Shown here: one piece after another, positions 37,241 to 48,566 of the stretch
Layout of the letters: every line of letters begins with the position of its first letter
Position numbering within the stretch: position 1 is the stretch's first letter
Assembly: GCF_001194135.2 (NCBI RefSeq)
Contig: NC_068984.1
Coordinates: 122,650,921 to 122,714,920 of the forward strand
Length of the DNA: 64,000 nt
From: Octopus bimaculoides
Taxonomy: Eukaryota
Reading direction: 5' to 3'
Notes under the pieces: generated by a model
The model's input: only the letters and a program-made list of their open reading frames with translations
The model's database searches: none
What the model was told of the DNA's origin: nothing
Position numbers and translations under genes: made by a program

Positions 37241-37449
37241 TGGCAGTAGATAGTTTTTTTTAATCCTGTAAGACCTGGTGAAGAAAAATATTGTTGGACT
37301 ACAGTGGAACAATATATCCAAAGTTATTCTAATCTTCAGTGGCATGAGTGAGAGTGCTGAACTTATATATTCTCCTGGGTTTAATTTTTAATTATTGCTA
37401 TGTATAGTTATCCTACCACCTTTTCTTATACTTTTATCTCCCTTTCCCT

Positions 37450-37710
37450 CACCATCATGCATAAAGTTGCTCACCCTGCTCCTTGGACTTTGCAAGCTGC
37501 ATGGTGACCTCACTAGTGCTGGCGGCATGAAAAGAGCATTCAGTACACTCTGTAAAATGGTTGATGTTAGGAAGGGCATCCAGCCATAGAAACCATGCCA
37601 AAAGAGATACTGGAGCTCAATGTTGTCCTTGGGACCAACAGATCCTTTCAAACTGTCCAGCACATGACAGTATGGAACATGGACATTAAATGTTGATAAT
37701 GATGATAGGA
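37450..37710 (+). mobile_element. SINE/LINE with RTE-like 3' tail
   Basis: cagtacactctgtaaaatggttgatgttaggaagggcatccagcc..aaatgttgataatgatga. Confidence 0.65.
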
Positions 37711-37861
37711 TGAGAAGAGAGACATTCTCAAGGTTGTGGAGCTTTTATATACTGAAGATGCTGTCAATAATAAGAGGACAATGGTTTGGTTTCAGTTCAA
37801 CTGTTGAATAACTAAAGTGAGTTTGAGTGGCTTACATACAAAACAATGGGTTCTGAATGAA

Positions 37862-38082
37862 CCCTTTAGCATTCAGGTTATTCAGTTAAAAGTAATACTT
37901 GTTTATTCACATTGTGTTGAATTGATCATGCATTTTCTTAGAGCTTCAAGATTTTGATGATGTGGTGGTTTATTTTTAGAATGACATTGTAGGGTGGGTG
38001 TGTGAAGCCAGATCTGGTCATTTTAAACATAGAACATGTAGAATATTTTGGCTGGATATGGCCAGTTTAAATGCTGAAGGGT
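37862..38082 (+). mobile_element. piggyBac-like MITE
   Basis: Termini ccctttagcatt..aatgctgaaggg, right flank TTAA and left flank TGAA. Confidence 0.7.
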
Positions 38083-39294
38083 TAAGTGTTCAGTATGTAA
38101 TCTGTGAATGTGAGAATCACTCAATGAGTGAAAGTTGTTGAGAAGAGTAGGAGAGTAGCTAATCAGCAGATACAAGGAAGAATTGAAACTTGATGGAGGC
38201 CATATGACCCAGTTCAAGGCACTGACTAACTAGGTCAACAAAAACAGAGGCAAAATGACAGGGCTGCTGGGGTTTAGCCTGTGAGAGGTATAATTGTTAA
38301 TTATTGTTTAGTTTCAGGTCAACCCTGATCAAGCAAACTTGTCATAAAATGATGTTCCAGTCAAGACAATCCTGGATAATTTTATTTAGTCTAAGATGCA
38401 TTTTGCCTGAAAATGAATAAATTAATTAAATTGGATTATCACAGCTGAAATGTCTTTGCTCAATTAGAGTTGATCTGGAATTAATGATAATTTATAGCTC
38501 TTATTGCCTAAAACCCTAGCAGTTCACTCAGCGTGACTGTTGGCCAAGCCAGTTCTCAACTAATTATCACTGAACCATGTAAGTTATCAAACTTTACATA
38601 CTCTTCCCACCCACATCTGATATAAAAGCAGCAACTTCTTTTGTTTAGCACAAGGCCACTATTTGTAAGACGATCGGGTCAGTTGGTTCAGTTAACCCCT
38701 GTAAATTACTAGGTACATTACCCAAGTGAGGTAACAGACACTAACAGAGTGAGTAAATGAACCAGTATGTAAACAACTGTTCCCTGTCAGAGCTAATTGC
38801 TTATATTTCCCACTAATTATCTCTTGTAATTGCTGTATCCTGTTTTAGATTGTATTGAGCAGGCCATGTTCTATCATGTCATCTTCCCTTGTTTTATTTC
38901 ACATTGCTTCAGTAGCCTGACAGTTTTTTTTCCAACATCTCACATCGACTAGCTACCACACCCTTGCATGAGCCACCAAGTAATCCTGTATGAAGTCTTT
39001 CGAACTGCTAGAAATAGCAGTCGGATCTCCACATCACACTATCTCAAGAGAGAATGAGACATTGACTATGGATAAATGTTGCCCTGGATATATTATACCT
39101 GAAAAAAATAAATAAATAAACAAAGACAGTATAATTACATTGGGAATATTCTTGATCATAGATGTGCCTGATGGAGGGCTAACAGGCTAAGCAGCAAAGA
39201 CTGTCACATTTTTGCTATGCATACTTTTGATGCACTACTGTAAGCCTTTGTGGTGCAAGATTTAAAGTATAGCTTTTATTGCTAATCTACGTAG

Positions 39295-39385
39295 TCAAAC
39301 TTAACATCATCTACATCACTCACCAGTGAAGGAAAGCCAACAAATGCTGTGATCACTTCCCCTCCAACTAAAAAATGTTTGGCAG
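39295..39385 (+). CDS. Candidate internal exon SNLTSSTSLTSEGKPTNAVITSPPTKKCLA (phase 0 to 1)
   Basis: Branch-like gctaat and cgtag| acceptor, open frame, cag|gtactt donor. Protein not recognised. Confidence 0.45.
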
Positions 39386-40310
39386 GTACTTAATACTGTC
39401 ATTGTTTCCTACATTTGCTTGCCCCAGTTTGCCTAACTATTATGTAAAACAGGTTCCTGAAAGATGGATACAAAATAGTAAATATAACAAAACTCTCAAT
39501 TTGATGATATCAAAATAGTTTCAATTTTGGTTTTTGTGAAATCGTAGGGTGATGCATTAATAGAAATAATCGAGTACAAGACCAAATGTATTTTGAAGCT
39601 TTTAACCATATTATTTCTATGTTTTAAATTCAAAATGTTGATGTTTTGCTATTCTGATTTAATAAATTATGTGCCTCTAACTTGCTAGGAATTGACTCTG
39701 TTACCTGTACCCCCCCCCTCCCTTAAAAAATTGTGTTCATCATCTTGCAAGTTGCATGTGAACCTCACTTGTGCTGGTGGTGCACAAAATGCATCCAGTA
39801 CACACTGTAAAGTGGTTGGCATTAGGAAGGGCATTCAGCTGGAGAAGCCATGCCAAAGTAGACTCAAGCACGATGCAGTCTTTAGGCCAGTCAGATCTTC
39901 TCAAACCATCTAACCCATGATTAAATGACAATGACCATGACCCATAAGTCATTGTTGCAGTTCTATTTAACCCTTCGCCTGTCCAAAGCATTTTCATAAG
40001 TTTGACCTAAATGTCTGTCTGTTTTCAGACTTTTAGCCATTGTTTCATATGTTCTCATAATATAAAACTTTCCTTTTGTTAGTCTCAAGTTACTCTAGTG
40101 ACTGAAAGAAATGGGGAATGTGTATAATATATGCTCCTTGGATGCTAAGGAAATATGTCTTGTGTATTAACTGTGATACACAGGACAAAGTGTTAAGTGA
40201 AGCTAATTTCTTGACATACTTTATCAGTTTATGTAAATCAGTGTTGTAATCAGTCATGCCCATTCCCTTTATTGTGGGACATGTTATCCTCTGGCATGAA
40301 TAGTGTTGCA

Positions 40311-40360
40311 TGCTTTCCTTTTGTAAACCCTACCACAGTGGGGTTTACAAAAGGGAAGCA
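40311..40360 (+). other. 23-bp stem, 4-nt loop hairpin
   Basis: TGCTTTCCTTTTGTAAACCCTAC-caca-GTGGGGTTTACAAAAGGGAAGCA, fully paired on + with two G.U pairs. Confidence 0.85.
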
Positions 40361-40414
40361 AAATGACCCATCAACAGTCCTTTCTTTTTTCTTGTTTCCT
40401 TGTGGCTTTGTCAG

Positions 40415-40447
40415 AAGGAGAAGGATTGCACTTCAAAACTGATTGTG
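40415..40447 (+). CDS. Candidate 33-nt micro-exon (E)GEGLHFKTDC (phase 1 to 1)
   Basis: Long polypyrimidine tract and cag| acceptor, tg|gtaaca donor; phase compatible with the 39.3-kb candidate exon. Confidence 0.3.
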
Positions 40448-41225
40448 GTAACAGAGGAATTTATTGAGCAACCTCACATTGGAGAACTAATTTAAATGTT
40501 TGCAACAGAGTGGATGTCACCAAGGGTACACAAATGCAAGTGGCACTATTAACCCCTTTAACTGTGAAATTAAATTTCATGGTTATTTCAGTAATGATGT
40601 AAATACCTGCCACAAAAAATAGAATTGGTATTTTCTGCAAGTCACGTTGCCTCAATAAATTTGACATATCTCAACAAAAAAATAATTTCAAACATGACAT
40701 TCCTCAACAAAAGCTAGATTGGTATATGAAACTGTTTTCTGTAGTTAAGGGTTGTGGAATTTTGAGTTGATGTATCTGATTCCTGCAGTAAAGGAGTAAT
40801 GAAATTTTGGATGGATATACCTGATTTTTGCAATAAAAAGCTTAAATTGATGACAGATTAAGTCTGCCAATAAAGAAGAGATATTGTCTAACCAGTAAGA
40901 TTCTTAATTTCAGTAATGAAAGTTGACTTGTAAATAGTTGCCCTCCCCAAATTTAGAAAATCTCTGATCAGAAAAGAAGCAACAAAGTTGGAGATGTCTG
41001 AACATATCTGGTGTTTTATGGTGGTATTAAGTTTCTGTTGTAGGCAAAAGCACTATTGCTATGCTACCATTATGCACCATCATTATGCTACTTCATCAAC
41101 ACTACCATCCATGCTTTACTACCCCTTTCATACCATCTACTGTTTACTACCACCACAACACCACCACCATTAAACTATAGAATCATCACTTTTTGCTGTA
41201 GTACCGTTGCAGCAGCACCAAATCT

Positions 41226-41256
<31 letters not shown>

Positions 41257-41271
41257 CACATACACATATTC

Positions 41272-41449
41272 TTTTCTTGTTTGTCATTTGACTGCCTTGA
41301 AGATTTTTAGTCAAATTGACCCCAGGGCTTTTTTTAAGCTTTATACTTATTCTGTTGGTCTCTTTTGCTGAACTGCTAGGTTGCTGAGATGTAAACGCAT
41401 CAACACTGGTTGTCAAGTGGGGGTGGGAGGGACAAATACTGACACAAAG

Positions 41450-41548
<99 letters not shown>

Positions 41549-41709
41549 TATATACAACGGGCTTCTTTCGGTTTCCGCCTACCAGATCCACTCACAAGAC
41601 TTTGATTGACCCAGGGCTATAGTAGAAGACACTTGCCCAAGGTGCCATGTAGTGGGACTGAACCTGGAATTATAAGGTTGAGAAACAAGCTTCTTACCAC
41701 AGCCATGCT
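41272..41709 (-). mobile_element. Full-length SINE family A with expanded (TA)n
   Basis: Colinear reverse complement of 55431-55835. Confidence 0.8.
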
Positions 41710-42624
41710 GTATAGATGATACAATCTCAACACCACTTCTACATGATTAACCTTTATATATCACCACCCTTACATTGCCATCTCACCACTGTCTTTATAC
41801 TATCAACTCACTCTCATCACCTCTGTATCCTAAACTATAGGAATGCAGGATTAACCATTCCTATATTCCCCATATAACACCTACGCCTCCCTCGGTTATG
41901 TCAGCTGACATCAGTAAAAATAAACAAACAATAAAAAAAAAAATAATAATTCCAGTAAAGCAGAAAATATGAAACAAACCAAAGCTTTAAAGGTGGAATG
42001 AATTCTAACATTGCATCCAGTTGGTGTCATATAAAGCATGGTATGAACTGCAGTGGAATGTTTGTCTGCTATTCTTTCTGTTATTTCAAAAACTTCAATT
42101 ACATCATCATCAGTAAAACACGAATAATTACTAATAGTTAAAAAAGTAACAACAACATCCAAAAGAAATGCGGGATTTTTTTTTTTTAGTATCTTTGGTT
42201 TTGTTTTTTATTTTACTTTATAATGAAAATGATAATGAATCAAATGATTAGAATATAAGTAATTAATTAACTCCTCGCTAATTTCTCTTTGAAAGCTGTT
42301 TTGGCTTTCTAATTTACATTTTGGGGGTTTTGGTATTTTGCAGTTCAGCACCATATACAATATATGAAAAGTCTGCTAGATAGATCTTTGTGATCTTGAG
42401 TAGTTGACATTCTAGAGATATTTGTTACTTTGGTGTACCAGGGTGGGATATAAAATGCTGTGTGTTTTGTAGCTTACTCGTTTATATTTCTGGGTGTGTT
42501 TTGTTTTTTACATTTTATAGATATGCTTGTGTGGTGGGGTTGGGGGTCGAGTGTATATGTCGATATGTATTTTCAATTCGGTCTAATTTGATACAGATGA
42601 AGATATGTATTATGTATACATACA

Positions 42625-42656
<32 letters not shown>

Positions 42657-43511
42657 TTTGAGAGAGTCTGTTCCCTATGTTTTTGTATATAAGTATTTCC
42701 CTTTATGCATGTATGAATGTGTGTATGATCAAGATCGCGAGTATGCTCACACATCCACATGTGACTATTAAATTGTGATTATTAAATCAGTGTCATATTG
42801 TCACATGAATACCTAGTCAGGAACGCCTATGAAGTCTTGGGCAAAGAGGGCGGGAAAGAGGGATATACAAATGGGCATTTAATAGATGACGGTTTTCAAA
42901 ATGGGGGAAAACTTAGGTATTCAGTAATCATTTGAATGGTCAGTAGAGTTGTAAGAAATACAACCACTACGCTATCACTATCTCTTTATATAGTACCAAC
43001 GCTATTAACTCAACTCAACTCTACTCTACACCACCACCAACTTTTGTAGTACCAAAAGGGTCTCTCTTACTGTTTGTTAAAGGGTCTCTCTTACGCCTTT
43101 GATAAAGGGTCTCGCTTACGCCTTTGCTCCTTATCACACATACACCTCCTTCCCGAATCATACAGCTCATAAGGCCGGTTTTCCGGATTCTGTGGTGGGA
43201 ATACTCGTCATAGGAATACTCGTTTTTACCAGCTGAGTGGACTGAAGCAACGAGAAATGATGTGTTTTGCTCAAGAACACAACACATCGCCCGGTTCAGG
43301 AATCAAAATAACAATCTTACCACCGTACATAATAGTAAAGAGAGTGATATATAGAAATTAGCTATACTGATCTTATATTGGTAGATTAGGAGGACCAAAA
43401 GATAGGATTTATCTGGTGGCTGACTCTTTCCTTGTTCTTTGAAAAGATTTTCTGTATAGGTTACACTCAGAAGATTTGTAAAATGTCTACAAATGTCTCT
43501 TACTTTCACAG

Positions 43512-43595
43512 GCTGTTTTAAGATCTTCACACTTTAAAGCTTGTTTCACGGAGTTTAGCAGATGTGAAGAGCTATATCGCCCCTCTAAAGGGAAT
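43512..43595 (+). CDS. Weak candidate exon AVLRSSHFKACFTEFSRCEELYRPSKGN (phase 0 to 0)
   Basis: tctcttactttcacag| acceptor, open frame, aat|gttagt donor. Confidence 0.25.
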
Positions 43596-44601
43596 GTTAG
43601 TATCTCTTGAGTAACATTCTCAGAGGATCTGGTTTTCTATTTCAAGTGTACTAACCCAGAGGTTAGGATGGAATATTTTAAAAATTTATCAAGTGGATAT
43701 TACAATTCATCGTCGTAGTTTTAATATTCATTTTCCCTGCATGTAATGAGGCAGACGAAATTCAATATAGCAGATTTTCTGTGGTCGGGTAACCTTCTTG
43801 TTGGCAACCCTCAGTTGTTTCCAAGCAAGGTAATAACCCGCTAAGTCTATTGAACAACGAATACCCCGGATATAGCCACACAGTGAACTGGAAACGAATG
43901 GCCCCATCCGAACGATCCCTTAGTTTACGCAGACCGGACAACATGTCAAGAAGCCCAGAGATGCTTTCGCAGCTGACTGCAAACATAGGAGACGCCTCAG
44001 TTGACAGTGAGATTGTTANNNNNNNNNNNNNNNNNNNNNNNNNNNNNNNNNNNNNNNNNNNNNNNNNNNNNNNNNNNNNNNNNNNNNNNNNNNNNNNNNN
44101 NNNNNNNNNNNNNNNNNNNNNNNNNNNNNNNNNNNNNNNNNNNNNNNNNNNNNNNNNNNNNNNNNNNNNNNNNNNNNNNNNNNNNNNNNNNNNNNNNNNN
44201 NNNNNNNNNNNNNNNNNNNNNNNNNNNNNNNNNNNNNNNNNNNNNNNNNNNNNNNNNNNNNNNNNNNNNNNNNNNNNNNNNNNNNNNNNNNNNNNNNNNN
44301 NNNNNNNNNNNNNNNNNNNNNNNNNNNNNNNNNNNNNNNNNNNNNNNNNNNNNNNNNCTCTCTCTCTCTCTCTCTCTCTCACATACACACACAGCATGCG
44401 ATAGGCTTCTTCAACTTCTGTCTACCAATTTCACTTTCAAAGTACTGATCGACCCACTGTTGTAAAGCGTTAGCCGACAACGTCCACGCAATGCGATCGA
44501 ATTAGGCTATTTACATGAATAATTGGAGGGATTTTTAAAATTTCTGTTGACAGCTGAATGTGTCTTTCTCATCGCTGATTAGACGATTCATTTTTGACTG
44601 A

Positions 44602-45193
44602 CAGCTCCGTCGCGTGACTAGGACCCCTGCAACTTTTTGTTTCGAGACCCCCATTCCTTCAATCAAAATTCATAATCTATACACCTTTTATTCATAGCTA
44701 TATTTTACATTATTCTATCTGAAGTTCAATATTTCACATTTTCCTAAAGAACATCTTTAAAAGTACAAGTTAAATTTATTTAGGTCTCTTACAAATTTCA
44801 GTAAAACTTCCAGATATGAATAAAAGAGCACTTTTATGATCCAGACAACTTTCAAAAACAAACACGCTGCACTTTACGCTTCGCGAAATCTTCGATCAGT
44901 TCAGAATAACCAAGCTGAGAGCTAAGTTCGTGTTCAATGGATATCGTAAACAATCCACAAAGTCTGGTACACGTTCGTAGTACAATGTAATATTTTTGCA
45001 AGAACTTTTGCAGGTACCATGTATTACCATTTTATTTCTTGAAATTTTCAGTTAACATAGGTTAATTCTTGTTTAACATCTTAACAAAAGTAAATAGATG
45101 ACTCATCTACGTACTTTGATCTTAACATGGTGACCCTCAACTTCGGAGGTCCCCGGCGACCGCAGGGGTTGCAGGGGCTTAGCGACGGCCCTG
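44602..45193 (-). mobile_element. hAT (Tip100/ZMYM1-like) internally deleted element
   Basis: Imperfect TIRs cagctccgtcgc / gcgacggccctg and subterminal cccctgcaac repeats at both ends. Minus-strand RLCGLFTISIEHELSSQLGYSELIEDFAKRKVQRVCF* matches the hAT C-terminus RL..LA..SIE......D..I..FA..K.R. No TSD match. Confidence 0.7.
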
Positions 45194-45687
45194 GGTGTAG
45201 GACCTGTTCTTGTTTTGCTACTATCAAATGGGAAGTAAGATACTATACACTTCAATTAATCCTTTCACAAATTATATTAGATTGGCGGAAGATTAACATT
45301 TTAATGTGGAGAGGTGAAGCAGCACGTATAGCTCTGTAGCTTGAGGAAACGACTAAAACATTGTTTATCATTTTTTCTTGCCATGAGAATGTGACACACC
45401 AGTGTACCGACCAAAGCAGTGAAGCGCGGAAGCTAACGCAGTATCTGTTCCAGAATTTGCTTGGTGAATTTTTTCACTCGTCCCCCAAGGAATTCTTTGT
45501 CTTGAACATAACTTTGTTTTAAAGTAAGAAAAGCTTTGTTTAGCCCATTGACTATTGGGTCACTTCCATCCGCAGCACTTCATTTTGATGTGCAACCGCG
45601 TGTATCAAAATTTTGCCGAGTATCCAATTGGTTTTGAAGAGATCGTTACAAATGTAAATCTGTTAACTTGACAACAAGGTCAAGGTG

Positions 45688-45770
45688 AGCTCTGATTGGC
45701 TGTATGCAAACGAGTTCATTCCTGAGGTCTGGAACTCTCGTGAGGAAAAAAATTCGCGGTCGAGCCTTGG
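45688..45770. promoter_or_regulatory. Cluster of promoter-like motifs
   Basis: ctgattggct (reverse CCAAT), ATGCAAAC (octamer-like) and tctcgtgag within about 60 bp of CpG-rich sequence. Confidence 0.25.
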
Positions 45771-47929
45771 TCCAGTAGAGTTTGATTAACCCACCTTTTG
45801 TTTTTCAGTCATTGTATCGAAAGCTGCATTGTTCAATGTGGAATGTGATTTATGAGAAATTTGGCTGCTGAATTTCAGCAGGTAACATTGTGTATGTGTG
45901 GTGGGGTCAGAATTACAAGACCGTCGTTCAGAATATTTTATGGCGTTCATTCTCGACTCTACGTTTGTAATTGAAATCCCACTGAGGTTAACTTTAACCT
46001 TTCATTCTTCCAGAGTAGATAAAACGGAGTACTAGTCACATACTGGAGTCGAATTAATTAACCGATATTGGTGTCTCTCGGCTTCTTCTTGTAAGGCACT
46101 ATGGTTAAGAATCTAGAACAAATGTACATAGTGCTACTTGCTTTTTAATGGTGGATGAGAATGTAAACTCCAACAGCTACTGTATTACTTTGTGAAGAGC
46201 AATGATTGAACAGTGCCTCACAAATGCTACAAGTATTTAGTTATGTAGTACATCTGTCCTCTAGCAAGGATCTACGGTTAAGGATCCCGAACTCTTCTTA
46301 GTGCCGCTTGCTTTTCAGTGGTGGATGAGAATGTGAATTCCAGCAGCTACGTGGAAGAGCAATGATTGGGCAATGCCTCACAAATCCTACAAGTAATTGG
46401 ACAAGTAATGCATTTGTCCTCGTGTCCGGCATAAATCAACAAAAGTATGACCGCCTAAAGCACCCTCGTTGGCTCTCATTTTGATATTGGGAGGGAGAGT
46501 AGAGTAATTAATTTGAATATCGACATGACTGGAACATTTTCAAATGACGCATGCTAGTTCTTGATATACAGAAAGCATGATTACCGAAGTTTTCTCCTAC
46601 GCCTATTGCCATCCTGCGTTAATTTTCTGACATTTTGTTTTGGTCTTCGAAATTCTTCAATTAGGATCTCTTTGTTTTGTTATTGTTGTTATTGCCACAC
46701 CCAAATACGAAGTCCATTCAACTCCATTCCTCCTCCTCCTACCATACAATTATACTCTGCTAAATTCTACAAGATCAGCCAAATTTTCATTTTGTAGATC
46801 TTCCAGTTAGAGCAATTATGGTCAGAGTCGTGGTTGTCTGGTTTACAATTTTATTTCGTAACTTTGTAGGTTTGGGGTTCGACATCATTATGCAGTATCT
46901 TGGACCTGGGATCGACCAAAGGCCTCACAATGTGAATTTTACAAGGCGGAAACTGTATGGAAACCCGTCGAAGGGATGTTAGACTCAATCTTCCACCAGG
47001 TTTAACCTCACCGCCTGACCCATGGATGTCTTTGGCAGACTCCACTCTGTTGCTAGTATTCGAACCAGGTTTCCAGCCTGCAGATGACTGTCTTCTTTCC
47101 TCGTAGGAGGTGTTGAAAAAGGTCACGAGAGCTGCTCTACTAAATTAGTCTCTTAATTTCATTCCACAGTGGAATGGGGGCGAAAGAAATACAAACAAAA
47201 TGGTTGCGAATTATTCTTTGGTGATAGCTGAGATGAAAGACAGTGTAGTGTGTTAATTTCAACCACAAACGAGCGCTGTTATATAATTTGTGCTGAGATG
47301 TAAATAAACTTTATGTGTGTATATATTTAGGAGTGTGTGCGAACTTAGAATTATAAAGAGTAAATTTTCGTGCTTTACACTAAATTGTTAACTCTTTGGT
47401 TTTGATTTGTGCCTATAGGGGCTTGATTTTCTCTTACCCTGGAATTGATAAAATTCCTTATTAACTTGACATGAAACGAGAAACTGGAGAATTTTGTGAG
47501 TTATGTATATCTTCTAAGAGCCTTTACTAATGAAAATGATAGGACTCCAGTCGGGAATTAAAACCGGGTCAATTTTTTATTATTTTATTTTATTTTTTTA
47601 CTCTCGACAACACCATTCAACCACAGTATTTGGAGTTATGAAATTTAATGTTAGGCAGCGAATGTGGAAGAAACAGTAAACCACGCCTGACTAAATATCT
47701 TTTGGCTGTTCATTTTTAGCCCGAAGTTACGCTTCATCAAGGAGACCATCAGCATGCCACATTGCGACATTGTTTTTCTTTAAAAAAAAAACAAAAAAAA
47801 AAACGTTATGGTGTGATTTGAGGAAGAGTCAACTGCAATTTTATTTGTAGTAGCGGGTCAAGTGACTGCTTAGAACCGAGGTCTCTATGACCTTTCGGGG
47901 CCCATATAAGATTTTGTTGTTAAATTGGT

Positions 47930-48319
47930 TATATTTTTACAATACTCACAATATTTTATTCCATTTTTGTATTTGGTTTGCAAGATTCTTTATGTGAATT
48001 CGTGTGGAGAAGCATATTTTATTGTGTTTGGGAAGAGTCATTCTTTTTTAGTGCCTTATTATTTCAACACACTCTTCGGTTCGATTTCCATTTTTTTTTT
48101 TTCCCTAAAATTTTCGTTGCGTCTTGCAAACTTTTCAATAGTCGTTGATCCTGTCCGTTATCAGAGCTGCAACAACGGACAGTCAACGACTACTGAAAAG
48201 GTTGCAAGACGCAATGAAAATTTTAGAGAAAATAATAATGAATGAGTGGAAATCGAACCGATGAGTGTGTTAAATAATAAGGCGCTAAAAGAAAATGACT
48301 CACCCCAGACACAACAAAA
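47930..48319. mobile_element. Large foldback element (about 135-bp arms with an inner 9-bp stem)
   Basis: 48017-48148 is the imperfect reverse complement of 48183-48319; inner ctgtccgtt/aacggacag. Confidence 0.85.
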
Positions 48320-48460
48320 TATTTTAATTTCTTACACAATTCCTAGTAATATCTAATTATGAAAATATACTAGGACTTTTTTTTTAACATCGAATAGCTG
48401 AGGAGGTCCAGTAGAATAGAATAGGAATCAAAAGGGTTCACAGGTAAAAAAAAATAGGGC

Positions 48461-48566
48461 ACTACTTAAATACAGAGGTCCCGATGCATCTACGTAACGT
48501 TAGGTTTTTACAGTGCACACTCGTTAGGGTTAGGTAGATGCGTCGGGACCTCTGTATTAAAGTAGT
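48461..48566. mobile_element. Small foldback MITE with telomere-like internal repeats
   Basis: About 33-bp inverted arms actacttaaatacagaggtcccgatgcatctac / gtagatgcgtcgggacctctgtattaaagtagt; spacer contains gttaggt and gttagggttagg. Confidence 0.75.

Noticed and set aside
39295-40447. KKCLAEGEGLH resembling the start of a filamin repeat
   Set aside because: The similarity covers only about 10 residues, depends on joining two unverified exons, and the rest of the repeat is absent.
43055-43126. CRISPR-like short repeats
   Set aside because: No spacers, eukaryotic context and no cas genes.
46851-47126. 91-aa minus-strand ORF
   Set aside because: Half of it is a decayed SINE A body (gaccaaaggcc..ggaaactgtatggaaacccgtcg) and the start is GTG.
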